Positions 1-7,965 are shown, numbered from the stretch's first letter. The stretch is 45,069 nt of DNA from a virus (IMGVR_UViG_3300032279_000442:1-45069), one strand, 5' to 3'. Program-made: numbers and translations. The notes: generated from the letters alone by a model not told the origin.

Positions 1-10
1 CCCATACCTT

Positions 11-160
11 CCCCGAAAAGAGCCCCCCGTCGATTCCGCCCCCCTAAACCCCCAAACCCCCCGAGAATTATGTAACGACTTCGTCGGGAATTATTTCTAA
101 TGCGTAAAAACCGGGGGGTTTGGGTTTTGCTAAACCCCCCTTTCGGGCTAAACCCCCCTC
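11..160. repeat. C-rich low-complexity repeats (AAACCCCC units) in a non-coding end region
   Basis: AAACCCCC at about 46, 54, 132 and 150; inverted GGGGGGTTT at 113-121; GCTAAACCCCCC twice. Confidence 0.6.
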
Positions 161-222
161 GAAACAAAAAAAGCGCCCTTCAAAGGCGCAAAGAATCAAA
201 GAAACAATGTTACAATACACGC

Positions 223-762
223 CTATTCGCAACTCCAGGTCTCAGTTTGAACCCTGAGTCGAGGAACCACACCGGCGGTGAACGACCGATCCTCGAACAC
301 GACCTTGTTGGTCGGCTGGATCGTGAGTCGTCCGTTATCGAGTTCGAGGAACATGAACTCCTTGTTTTGTTCTGGGGAATCAGAGAACCCCTCGTTCATG
401 GGGGCAGTGGTAAAGAGATACGATCCGCGGTAGGATTTTTCGCCAATGAGGGCGTGGCAGCGCAGCCCGCGCAGGTAAGTATATTCGTGGACCGCCCAAT
501 CGTGACCGTAGCAGTCCCAGAGTTGGGCTTCCTCCTCGCTCCATAGGGGATCGGGGTCTTTGGAAAAGGATACAGCGTGTGGGGGGAGATTTCGGTAGAC
601 GGCTCCGCATTCAAGCATGACATTCAAGCCCCACACCCGCCCTGGGATCGACACCAGGCCAAACCAAACCCCAGGGACAAAGCCACAGGGAGTTTCGTGC
701 GTATAATTCGAGTCCACCTCGATGTAGAGGTGCTTGGGGAGGCTCCCGATTCGGGTGTTCAT
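223..762 (-). CDS. Hypothetical phage protein (179 aa)
   Basis: Last ORF of the tightly packed minus-strand operon; its start overlaps the stop of the upstream ORF. Confidence 0.75.
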   Translation of the reverse strand: MNTRIGSLPKHLYIEVDSNYTHETPCGFVPGVWFGLVSIPGRVWGLNVMLECGAVYRNLPPHAVSFSKDPDPLWSEEEAQLWDCYGHDWAVHEYTYLRGLRCHALIGEKSYRGSYLFTTAPMNEGFSDSPEQNKEFMFLELDNGRLTIQPTNKVVFEDRSFTAGVVPRLRVQTETWSCE

Positions 763-1055
763 AGCTCGCTTCGGATGACTTTTTCGGCTGTTTCAGTCTT
801 TTCGATCATCTGATGGACGCGGTCGAGCCAGTTTGTAGCCTTTTTAGGCTTTTTCTCGGTCTTTTTGCGCGGTTTGGTGGAGGGGAGGGGCTTGAATTTC
901 TGTTCCGGCGCGATTTCAGTGACCTCGTAGGTCGTAAATCGCTTCCGGCAGTGGGCACATTGCCGTCTGCGGCGGACGCGGAGGCCGTGAGCATCGCGGA
1001 GTTTGCGGGAGTCGATGATTTTGGACTTGGCGGCTTCGCAGTGCGGGCATTTCAT
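759..1055 (-). CDS. NrdR-like N-terminal zinc-ribbon protein lacking the ATP-cone
   Basis: MKCPHC...SKIIDSR...VRRRRQCAHCRKRFTTYE closely follows the NrdR N-terminus (MxCPxC...VxDSR...RRRRxCxxCxxRFTTxE); C-terminus is a short basic tail. Confidence 0.85.
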   Translation of the reverse strand: MKCPHCEAAKSKIIDSRKLRDAHGLRVRRRRQCAHCRKRFTTYEVTEIAPEQKFKPLPSTKPRKKTEKKPKKATNWLDRVHQMIEKTETAEKVIRSEL

Positions 1056-1246
1056 TTGAGAGTAGTGTTGTATCCTTTTTTGAGTTGTTCATCTGGGGTC
1101 TGCGAGGTCAGGTGCCAGCCGCCGCAGGTCACGCAGCGGTAAGGCCAAAGCCTTTTTCCGGTGCGCGTCCAAAACAGCGCCGAGTTTTTTCTAGCTGTTG
1201 GGAGGTCGGCGTAGGTTTTTTTCTCATCGCACCAAGGAGCCTTCAT
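1052..1246 (-). CDS. Small putative Zn-binding phage protein
   Basis: C...KKTY...YRCxxCGGWHLTS pattern; ATGA-coupled to neighbours. Confidence 0.7.
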   Translation of the reverse strand: MKAPWCDEKKTYADLPTARKNSALFWTRTGKRLWPYRCVTCGGWHLTSQTPDEQLKKGYNTTLK

Positions 1247-1494
1247 TTCACACCATCTTCAAGTTCGGCGCGGAGTTTGGCGTTGCGATCAAGCAACTCG
1301 TCACGCTCGCGCCTTAACACACACATCGGTCGTTGGCATTCGTTGTGGCATGAATGGATTGCAGCGACATCCAAGTCCTCTAGCGCCTCGTCGCGCTCGC
1401 GTTCAAGTTTACGACAAAGAGCAAAAACTTCAAATATTTCACCACAATTCCAAAATTGTGGAACTAAGGCATCCGTCTCTGGTGTGTCACTCAT
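1243..1494 (-). CDS. Hypothetical protein (MSDTPETDA..., coiled-coil LERERDE repeats)
   Basis: ATG at 1494 overlaps the upstream stop; RERDE occurs twice. Confidence 0.65.
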   Translation of the reverse strand: MSDTPETDALVPQFWNCGEIFEVFALCRKLERERDEALEDLDVAAIHSCHNECQRPMCVLRRERDELLDRNAKLRAELEDGVK

Positions 1495-1724
1495 TTCGCT
1501 TCCTCCCATTTTCCTATTTTGCGTAGGAATTTCTCAGTATTTTCTTGAGAAGTGGTAATTGAATCCTCCACCGCCCCGCAGAGGGGGCAGGATTTGAACG
1601 GCCTTTCTTTTTCTAATTGATAGCGTTCCACGAGGTTCATTGTCCCCGCGATCAGGAGCATGGTCCCGAAGAGAGCAATGCAGACGGTTTCTCCGCTGGC
1701 AAAAGGGAAGGGGAGTTTTCTCAT
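1491..1724 (-). CDS. Small membrane-anchored protein with a CPxCG motif
   Basis: Hydrophobic stretch VCIALFGTMLLIAG followed by SCPLCG; coupled to neighbours. Confidence 0.6.
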   Translation of the reverse strand: MRKLPFPFASGETVCIALFGTMLLIAGTMNLVERYQLEKERPFKSCPLCGAVEDSITTSQENTEKFLRKIGKWEEAK

Positions 1725-2041
1725 TCAAGTAGCCCCTCAATCTCTTTATCATGTTTCTCTGCAAGGTGATTCATTGCTTCCTTGAGGAGTTTCTTCGCTG
1801 TTGCAGGGCCGATGCGCCGGTAAATCCCGACGAGGGCTTCGTCTCCGGCCTCCAAAACGAAGTGAGCTTTGTCGTCATCGTTGAGGTCTTTGAGTTTGAT
1901 GCCTTCCTTGTCCGCAGCCCTGCGGATTCCCGCGGTGAGATAAGTCCAGTGGTTCCCCAGGAGTTTTTTCTCTTTCTTGGCTTTCTCGTCGCGGAGCGAC
2001 CAGGCGAGTTTGAGTAGTGTTTCGGTGTTGTCGGTTGTCAT
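1721..2041 (-). CDS. Hypothetical protein (about 106 aa)
   Basis: ATG at 2041 preceded by the TGTAATAACC-GCATAACC leader seen at other starts. Confidence 0.7.
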   Translation of the reverse strand: MTTDNTETLLKLAWSLRDEKAKKEKKLLGNHWTYLTAGIRRAADKEGIKLKDLNDDDKAHFVLEAGDEALVGIYRRIGPATAKKLLKEAMNHLAEKHDKEIEGLLE

Positions 2042-2173
2042 GGTTATGCGGTTATTACAGACATTGTTGGTTTGGATTTGTTCAAATAAAAGTTCCCGCT
2101 TCGTGATGACCGACTGTGGCGGGCGCACAGTCTGAAAGAACGGGCCTAACCTCCCGTTTGGTCTTGGTAAGCG

Positions 2174-3835
2174 TCACGACACGCTTTTTTCTGTGCTGTC
2201 GTAGGTCACATCACCTTTCGGCTCGACCCACGGCAGGAAAATGGAGAATTGGAGGGACTTCTTGGACTTCGGCCCCCTCTTGACCACATCGACGCCGAGG
2301 TCCCCGCGGGAAACAAGCTCCCGCAATCGTGCGGACAAAATTGTGTGGGTGATCCCGCGCATTTGCTCGGGAGAGGAGCGGAAGCAGTTTCCAAGCTCGT
2401 CGAGGATTGCCGATGCCGTGCCGACGAAGGGAGTCTTTCGCTCGCTTGCCGTGCGTCGAGCCCACCATTCGGCGAGCTTTTCCTGAATCGAGTAAGCGAG
2501 GGAGCTTTGAAAAATACGCTCCTGAACTTCCTCTGCAATGATTGGTCGAATTCCATAACGCCCTCTTTCATCGAGCACCTCCTTTGGTGGGTTCCACGCT
2601 TTAAGCCAAGCTAGAAAGTGTGGCAACTCCGTCGTTTCGATGTTTTTGAAAACCTCGGAGGGTGGGTGGTCCTCCCATGATTTCATGTAAACAGCGATCA
2701 TCTTGTCGGCGTTGCTGATCTCAAGGTTTGGCATGAGCCGGATGGAGAACGGATCGTCGTTGAGGGCGAGAACCACGCGCCCTGACCATGAAATCTCGGT
2801 CGGGGTCTCGAATTTCTTGTGGTAGGCGTGGACCGGATTGGCGACGAGTTTTTTAATCTGCGCCGCATACTGGTTACGCTTCTCCTCGCTCGATGCGCCC
2901 CGTGCGTCGTCGATCACCGCGAGCGGACTCTCGAATACATCCGCAGTAAACCCTCCGGCGTCCCCGCTTGCCATCGAGGAAAAATCGGCAAAGCCCCCCA
3001 TGGCGGGTTTGAGGACCTTGTGAATTGTCCACGACTTGTAGCAGTGAATCGGACCAACCATGGCGAGAGCCTGCCCTGGGGCGAGTTCCCCCTCCTCGGC
3101 GCTTTCGTAGAATCGCTTGAACCACGCAAGGAACAGATCGCGGTAGATCGGCTTGGCGAAGACATTGTCATAGACTTGGGCGATGAGCGGGAAGTGCTGC
3201 CCCCACGCGCCGACTGAGGACGCGGGCTCCATGATGCTGACCGTCGAAGTGTTGAGGAACTTGCGCCCACCACGAACGAAGATGTCGTTCTTGTGGTAGA
3301 GGAACGGAGCGGCCCCATCGACGCGGCGGTGCTTGAGGATCGTGTGCTTGGCGCGGTCGAGCGGGGAAGCTGTCTGCCCCTTGGCTGCTCGGTCGGAGAA
3401 GCCCCGAACCTTGAGCATGGAAGTCACCATGCCGCCTGCAAGCAAACGCCAGATGTTGTCTGCTCCGCGGTCGTAAAAGTTGCGCCCGTCAAAAGCGATG
3501 TCGTCGAACTGGTCGGGATCGACCGAGTGCCCGACTTTCAGCTTGCGCTTTGCATCGTCAATGGCAGCGGAGAAGGCGTCGGGTTCAGGAAGAGGAGCCT
3601 CTGTTCCTTCCCCGTGTCCTTCCTCTCCACGAACGGAAGCCTCGTCAGCCTCACCGCCGTCAGACTCCCCTGGCAGGCCCCCAGCGGCACAACCAAGCTC
3701 GCCAACTTCCTCACTCTCTCGCTCCACTGCTCCTTCGAGGTCGCTCCGACTAAGATGATCGAGTGCGCCGACTCGTTCCCCGAAAGGGTTATGGAAATAA
3801 TCGGGAGTGGGAGTTTTTTCAGTATTGTCAGCCAT
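2174..3835 (-). CDS. Primase-associated helicase/NTPase (DUF5906/D5-like C-terminal domain)
   Basis: Degenerate Walker A (VGPIHCYKS), Walker B (AVIDD), FLAW...PG motif, LALND; acidic N-terminal extension overlaps the primase gene. Confidence 0.7.
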   Translation of the reverse strand: MADNTEKTPTPDYFHNPFGERVGALDHLSRSDLEGAVERESEEVGELGCAAGGLPGESDGGEADEASVRGEEGHGEGTEAPLPEPDAFSAAIDDAKRKLKVGHSVDPDQFDDIAFDGRNFYDRGADNIWRLLAGGMVTSMLKVRGFSDRAAKGQTASPLDRAKHTILKHRRVDGAAPFLYHKNDIFVRGGRKFLNTSTVSIMEPASSVGAWGQHFPLIAQVYDNVFAKPIYRDLFLAWFKRFYESAEEGELAPGQALAMVGPIHCYKSWTIHKVLKPAMGGFADFSSMASGDAGGFTADVFESPLAVIDDARGASSEEKRNQYAAQIKKLVANPVHAYHKKFETPTEISWSGRVVLALNDDPFSIRLMPNLEISNADKMIAVYMKSWEDHPPSEVFKNIETTELPHFLAWLKAWNPPKEVLDERGRYGIRPIIAEEVQERIFQSSLAYSIQEKLAEWWARRTASERKTPFVGTASAILDELGNCFRSSPEQMRGITHTILSARLRELVSRGDLGVDVVKRGPKSKKSLQFSIFLPWVEPKGDVTYDSTEKSVS

Positions 3836-4467
3836 AGGTTAGGTTCAATTTTGTCGCTTTCAACGAGAGCGAATTTGTAGGCCGATATGCTCTCCTCGGC
3901 TCGACGGCTCGCTTTCCCGAGTCGTTCGATAAATGTTTTCTCGCCGCTGACGGGGTTCATTAGGAACCAAGCTCCTACGCGGTTATTTCTGATGACCCAG
4001 TCCAAGAATCCCCTAGGGGTCGAGTGGCCCCATACCATCTGGCCTTGGCTCCGCTCGTCGTTAAAGACGACGGTTCTCTCCCCGTCGGCATAGACCATGC
4101 GGAGGTAGTCATGCACCGTGACACTGCGGGGGTCGATCGGGCTCATAGCCTCTATCTCCTCGAAGGAAGTTGGTCCCTCTTTGGTGGCTTCTTTGATGGC
4201 GTCGGGATCGAGGTCGTGGCGCGGTATGTAGTGTATGCGGTTATGCAACCCGCCCCCACGAATTTTGCGAAGGGTGTTTTCGACTTCTCCTGGCTGGGCA
4301 GGGCGAGACATCCAGTGGTCAACCCACGCCTCGATGTCGTCATCGTCCAAGCCCGCGTTCACGAGCCCGTTAATCACGAGGTAGAGCCAGCGGTGGCACC
4401 CTTCGCCAGACGGAGGGCACTCCGGCAAACACAAGTCACTTGGATGGTGTTCCTTCGGGTCGATCAT
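3538..4467 (-). CDS. DNA primase (AEP/RepB-primase-like)
   Basis: LVESD, SGNESAH and RLTRLP resemble primase-polymerase catalytic motifs; lies between the polymerase and helicase genes. Confidence 0.7.
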   Translation of the reverse strand: MIDPKEHHPSDLCLPECPPSGEGCHRWLYLVINGLVNAGLDDDDIEAWVDHWMSRPAQPGEVENTLRKIRGGGLHNRIHYIPRHDLDPDAIKEATKEGPTSFEEIEAMSPIDPRSVTVHDYLRMVYADGERTVVFNDERSQGQMVWGHSTPRGFLDWVIRNNRVGAWFLMNPVSGEKTFIERLGKASRRAEESISAYKFALVESDKIEPNLWLTILKKLPLPIISITLSGNESAHSIILVGATSKEQWSERVRKLASLVVPLGACQGSLTAVRLTRLPFVERKDTGKEQRLLFLNPTPSPLPLTMQSAS

Positions 4468-4585
4468 TTTTTGGTTTCTTGAATATCTGGTCGTAGTTCT
4501 CCCGATACTTTTGCCAGTTTGTGTTTGCGCGGGCCTGTGGCCCTGTGCCAGTCCTTACTTTTTTTAGTTCGATCGTTTTGCTCAT
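4436..4585 (-). CDS. Small basic phage peptide (49 aa) overlapping both neighbours
   Basis: MSKTIELKKVRTGTGPQARANTNWQKYRENYDQIFKK resembles small phage proteins ending YxxN(Y/W)DxIFxK (recalled, not searched). Confidence 0.5.
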   Translation of the reverse strand: MSKTIELKKVRTGTGPQARANTNWQKYRENYDQIFKKPKNDRPEGTPSK

Positions 4586-4787
4586 AAACTTCCTGACAGA
4601 CTCGACGGATGCGCTTTTCATTCAGTCCCAGCGCGAAGGCTGCGACCGCAAAGGCGTCGGAGTTGAAAAACCTCATCGCGGCATCCCGCTCGGTTTTAAG
4701 TTCGAGATCGGCTCGGGCCTGTTCGATGATCGCGCAGAGGATTCGTCTGGCTCCGAGCGTGTCGAGTGGCAGAAACTTATTTGACAT
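4464..4787 (-). CDS. Hypothetical protein (AIIEQAxxD motif)
   Basis: Coupled to the polymerase stop and primase start; LCAIIEQARADL...AMRFF pattern typical of small phage proteins. Confidence 0.7.
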   Translation of the reverse strand: MSNKFLPLDTLGARRILCAIIEQARADLELKTERDAAMRFFNSDAFAVAAFALGLNEKRIRRVCQEVYEQNDRTKKSKDWHRATGPRKHKLAKVSGELRPDIQETKK

Positions 4788-6519
4788 AGCTTTTGGTCAG
4801 GTTCGCTTCTGCTCCGACGGGCAGATTGGCGCACCATGCTGGGGCGATCGCCATGGTGGATTCGATGTCTTTGAGCGCGGCGTCGGCCTTGTCCTCATCA
4901 ACGAGGCACACCACCTCGTCGTGAACCCGCATGATGACTTCGTAGCCTTTTCGGGTCAGTTCGCTCACCCGATCCATGAAGATGTCGCGGGCAAACGCCT
5001 GCGTGAGGTTTTCCACCAGCAAGCCGCCATAGAGCTTGCTTCGCATCATTTTTCCGTTGCGCGGGATCACGCCCGAGAACTCGCCCTGGGACGCCTTGAT
5101 CTCGCGGTAAACCAACTCGCGCTTCCTTGGGAGTTGGACATTTAGGTTGTTCCCTGCGCTTTCCTCCAGTTTTGCTTGGAGCCTTCTCCAAAGAGTCACG
5201 ATTCTTGGGTTCGAGGCGCGGTAGTCGGCGACGATGCGCTCCGCTTCGGCAGGCGCGATGTCGAGCCCCGCCATCATCTTCGCGACGACCTGGAATTTCT
5301 TGGCTCCGCACCCAAAGCCGAGCCCCAGCACACGGGCCTTGGCGAGTTGTCTCATTGACTTGTCCACCTCTTTGAGCGGGCGCAGGTTGGAGTAGCCCAT
5401 CGTGGCGCGGGCGTGAGCCTCATAAACATCAACGCCAGTCTTGAGAAGATCGAGGGTCGCGTGGTCGCCAGCGAGCCACAGGATGCAGCGGGCTTCAATC
5501 TGCGCGAGGTCACAAACGACGAGCATCTTTCCTTCGGGAGCTTCGATCATCGAGCGAATGTCCACGCCAGAGACAATGTCCCTAGGGAGGTTTTGAGCGT
5601 TCCAGCCGCCACTACCCGAGTCGCGCCCTGTGGTGGCTCCAAAGTATTTCAAATCGTAACCCATCCGCCCGTCGGGGCGGGTTCGGGAGAGCATGGTCTG
5701 GATTGTCTTTAGATGTTTGTTCGCCTTCCGGTGTTCGCGAATCGCGGATACCCAACGATACTTATCGGCGAACTCCTCCTCCCATTTTTGCGCTTGATCT
5801 TCTTTTTCGGCGAAGCTGTCGGGGGCCCAGATGCCCTCGATCGCGCATTGGTCGCGCACCGCATGGAGGCTTAACGCCGGACGCGCAGGATGCCATGGCA
5901 ACAGGTCGCGGGTTTCGTTGGAGGTCTGCTCCAAAGTTACGCTTGCATGGAATAACTTTTTTATATTTACCGGCACGCCCCGCATGGTCATTTCGCGGGT
6001 CACGCGGGACACATGGCGCTCATGCTCCGGCCACTTGTTGCCGTGCTTGAGCCAAAGATTCAAAGTGTTCTCTGCATCGCCGAGCGCGTATTTTTCTACC
6101 TCGGCGCGGAAGTCCACATCCATCGTCTCCCAGCGTTTGCCCTTCATCTTGTCGCGAACATCCTTGGACACCTCGGTCCCGAGAAGGTGGTGACTGGCTT
6201 CTTTGAGTGAGCGGGGGAATCCGAGGAACGCCGTCATGTCGGCGGTGTCAAAGACCTCTCCGCTTACTTGCGGAACAACGCCAGCTTCGATCAGAGCGCC
6301 TAGGAGCGTAAGGTCAAAGGCCGCGTTGTGCATGATCCATGTCGCCCCGTTCACGGCTTCCCAAGGGGCCGACTTCGGATGCCCGACATAGCGGAGGCCG
6401 TCGTCCCCAACCATCGAGACGAGGTAGATGTCGGTGGCGCGGGCGTAGTGCCACGCTCCCATGTCTCCAACGGTGCAGTCCTTGGAGTAGAAGGATTCAA
6501 AGTCGATGGCGTATGTCAT
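4777..6519 (-). CDS. Family A DNA polymerase with 3'-5' exonuclease domain
   Basis: Exo I DFES, Exo II HNAAFD, Exo III YALGD; TTGR, motif A DLAQIEAR, motif B RQLAKARVLGLGFG, motif C VHDE. Confidence 0.95.
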   Translation of the reverse strand: MTYAIDFESFYSKDCTVGDMGAWHYARATDIYLVSMVGDDGLRYVGHPKSAPWEAVNGATWIMHNAAFDLTLLGALIEAGVVPQVSGEVFDTADMTAFLGFPRSLKEASHHLLGTEVSKDVRDKMKGKRWETMDVDFRAEVEKYALGDAENTLNLWLKHGNKWPEHERHVSRVTREMTMRGVPVNIKKLFHASVTLEQTSNETRDLLPWHPARPALSLHAVRDQCAIEGIWAPDSFAEKEDQAQKWEEEFADKYRWVSAIREHRKANKHLKTIQTMLSRTRPDGRMGYDLKYFGATTGRDSGSGGWNAQNLPRDIVSGVDIRSMIEAPEGKMLVVCDLAQIEARCILWLAGDHATLDLLKTGVDVYEAHARATMGYSNLRPLKEVDKSMRQLAKARVLGLGFGCGAKKFQVVAKMMAGLDIAPAEAERIVADYRASNPRIVTLWRRLQAKLEESAGNNLNVQLPRKRELVYREIKASQGEFSGVIPRNGKMMRSKLYGGLLVENLTQAFARDIFMDRVSELTRKGYEVIMRVHDEVVCLVDEDKADAALKDIESTMAIAPAWCANLPVGAEANLTKSYVK

Positions 6520-7913
6520 TTTATGAGTTCATCCCAGAGGACGCGAAAAGCTCGCTCTGCTGCGGCAGGCACGACTCCGTTGCCGAGGAGTCGAAGCTCG
6601 TCGGTTCGATTGTCAGAGCGCACCATCCACTCACAAATTTCGGCCAGTTCTTGATGACTGAGGCCGGACAACTCGGCGAGGTCCACCCCATGCAGACGCC
6701 TTGGAGCGTTTCGACCCAACGCGGGTTCAGTTTTGCTGATTTGTTCCCGTTCGCAGCATGATCCCGCAGTTTGTATTTCCCCGCACAGCCCTCCCGCATC
6801 TCCATCACGCCGCCCTCGCCGTCCGAAGATGACGGGGTTCGCCATTGCTTCTCCACTTCGTGCAAGACTTGCGTCTGAATCGGCTTGTGAAGGTTCACTC
6901 CCTTCTCCGTCTGCTGGTATTCCGCTCGCTTCGTCCATTGCTCCGTGTTCTCCGGCGGTTGATAGCAAAACGCATTCGGCGTTGCCCAATTCTGGACCTT
7001 CTCCACCTGTTGATTTATTGTCTGGGATTGCAGCACCATCCGTCCATCCGGCGTCTTGCGGTAGGCTCTCTCGCCCGGTCTCGCTGGTTGTCCATCCTTC
7101 GTGTAAAGCGTCTCCACTCTCGCTCCCGCTTCGTTGGCTTGCGGTGTGCGCCAATCCACCGACCACCCTTGGCGGCTCCCATCCGTGCTGGGGTTGGCCG
7201 GGGCGGCTGGGCCAAGCTCCCCACGATTCGCCATTGCTGACAGACTCGGCCAATTCGCCGCATCCTGCGTCACCACCGCACAGAGGTAGCCCTTTTTCAT
7301 CATGTGATCGTGACTCTTCGACCCAACGGGTCCAACATCCTTGTATTCGCTTGCTCTGATCGTAGGCCAAGATGAAGGCCCGTTTCCGCTGGTGCGGTGC
7401 GCCGACTTCAGACGCGCTGAAAATTCCAGCCGTCGCTTCGTAACCCACCCGCTCCAATTCGCGGAGGGCATGGAGCAAAACAGGCGTCCCTGCGGGATCG
7501 CGCCAGCCGTCTCCGGCGAGTTTGGCGCTGACGATACCCTCGACATTTTCCAAGAAAACAAGGGAAGGTCGGCATTGAGTGATCCCGTCAAGGATGTGGG
7601 GGAAGAGGTGGCGTGGGTCTGAGTCGGCCCCGCGCTTTCCGGCGGCGCTAAATGGTTGGCACGGAAAGCCGCCTGACAAGATACCCACCAGTCCGTGAAA
7701 TTTTCCCCAAGGGAAGGATCGCAAATCGCTCCAGATAGGTGCGTCGTCCAAGTGTCCCGCTTGAGCTTTTGAGACCAAGTGCGCGATGGCGAACCCTTCG
7801 ATCTCTGCATAAGCGAGTGTGCGAAGGCGGTTGCCAAAGATTCTTTTGAGGCCGAGGTCGATACCCCCGTAGCCGCTGCAAAGCGAGAGGTGAGTGATGG
7901 TGTCAGTATCCAC
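6516..7913 (-). CDS. C5 cytosine DNA methyltransferase, catalytic chain (motifs I-VIII and X)
   Basis: HLSLCSGYGG (I), GGFPCQPFS (IV), ENVEG (VI), HQRKRAF (VIII), LRLLGNGVVP (X); likely GTG start at 7913 (frame is open to 7973). Confidence 0.92.
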   Translation of the reverse strand: MDTDTITHLSLCSGYGGIDLGLKRIFGNRLRTLAYAEIEGFAIAHLVSKAQAGHLDDAPIWSDLRSFPWGKFHGLVGILSGGFPCQPFSAAGKRGADSDPRHLFPHILDGITQCRPSLVFLENVEGIVSAKLAGDGWRDPAGTPVLLHALRELERVGYEATAGIFSASEVGAPHQRKRAFILAYDQSKRIQGCWTRWVEESRSHDEKGLPLCGGDAGCGELAESVSNGESWGAWPSRPGQPQHGWEPPRVVGGLAHTASQRSGSESGDALHEGWTTSETGRESLPQDAGWTDGAAIPDNKSTGGEGPELGNAECVLLSTAGEHGAMDEASGIPADGEGSEPSQADSDASLARSGEAMANPVIFGRRGRRDGDAGGLCGEIQTAGSCCEREQISKTEPALGRNAPRRLHGVDLAELSGLSHQELAEICEWMVRSDNRTDELRLLGNGVVPAAAERAFRVLWDELIK

Positions 7914-7915
7914 AT
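6521..7915 (-). CDS. Overprinted methyltransferase partner chain (TRD-like WxTP repeats plus motif IX)
   Basis: 464-codon ORF in a second frame across the whole MTase gene, ATG start; WPTI, WRTP, WATP, WRTP repeats and LNPRWVETLQGVCMGWT. Confidence 0.8.
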   Translation of the reverse strand: MWILTPSLTSRFAAATGVSTSASKESLATAFAHSLMQRSKGSPSRTWSQKLKRDTWTTHLSGAICDPSLGENFTDWWVSCQAAFRANHLAPPESAGPTQTHATSSPTSLTGSLNADLPLFSWKMSRVSSAPNSPETAGAIPQGRLFCSMPSANWSGWVTKRRLEFSARLKSAHRTSGNGPSSWPTIRASEYKDVGPVGSKSHDHMMKKGYLCAVVTQDAANWPSLSAMANRGELGPAAPANPSTDGSRQGWSVDWRTPQANEAGARVETLYTKDGQPARPGERAYRKTPDGRMVLQSQTINQQVEKVQNWATPNAFCYQPPENTEQWTKRAEYQQTEKGVNLHKPIQTQVLHEVEKQWRTPSSSDGEGGVMEMREGCAGKYKLRDHAANGNKSAKLNPRWVETLQGVCMGWTSPSCPASVIKNWPKFVSGWCALTIEPTSFDSSATESCLPQQSELFASSGMNS

Positions 7916-7924
7916 TTAGAGAGG

Positions 7925-7960
7925 TTCGGGTTGTGAGGTTATTACATCTCACAACCCGAA
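7925..7960. promoter_or_regulatory. Perfect 13-bp inverted repeat just upstream of the MTase dual start
   Basis: TTCGGGTTGTGAG (7925-7937) and CTCACAACCCGAA (7948-7960); the 10-nt loop carries the TGTAATAAC motif. Confidence 0.7.
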
Positions 7961-7965
7961 TAATA

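Noticed and set aside
100-546. 148-aa plus-strand ORF
   Set aside because: Antisense to a better-supported gene and begins in low-complexity DNA
3810-3822. A-run as a -1 slippery site fusing primase and helicase
   Set aside because: Not a canonical X XXY YYZ heptamer, and a shift there would cut off primase catalytic motifs
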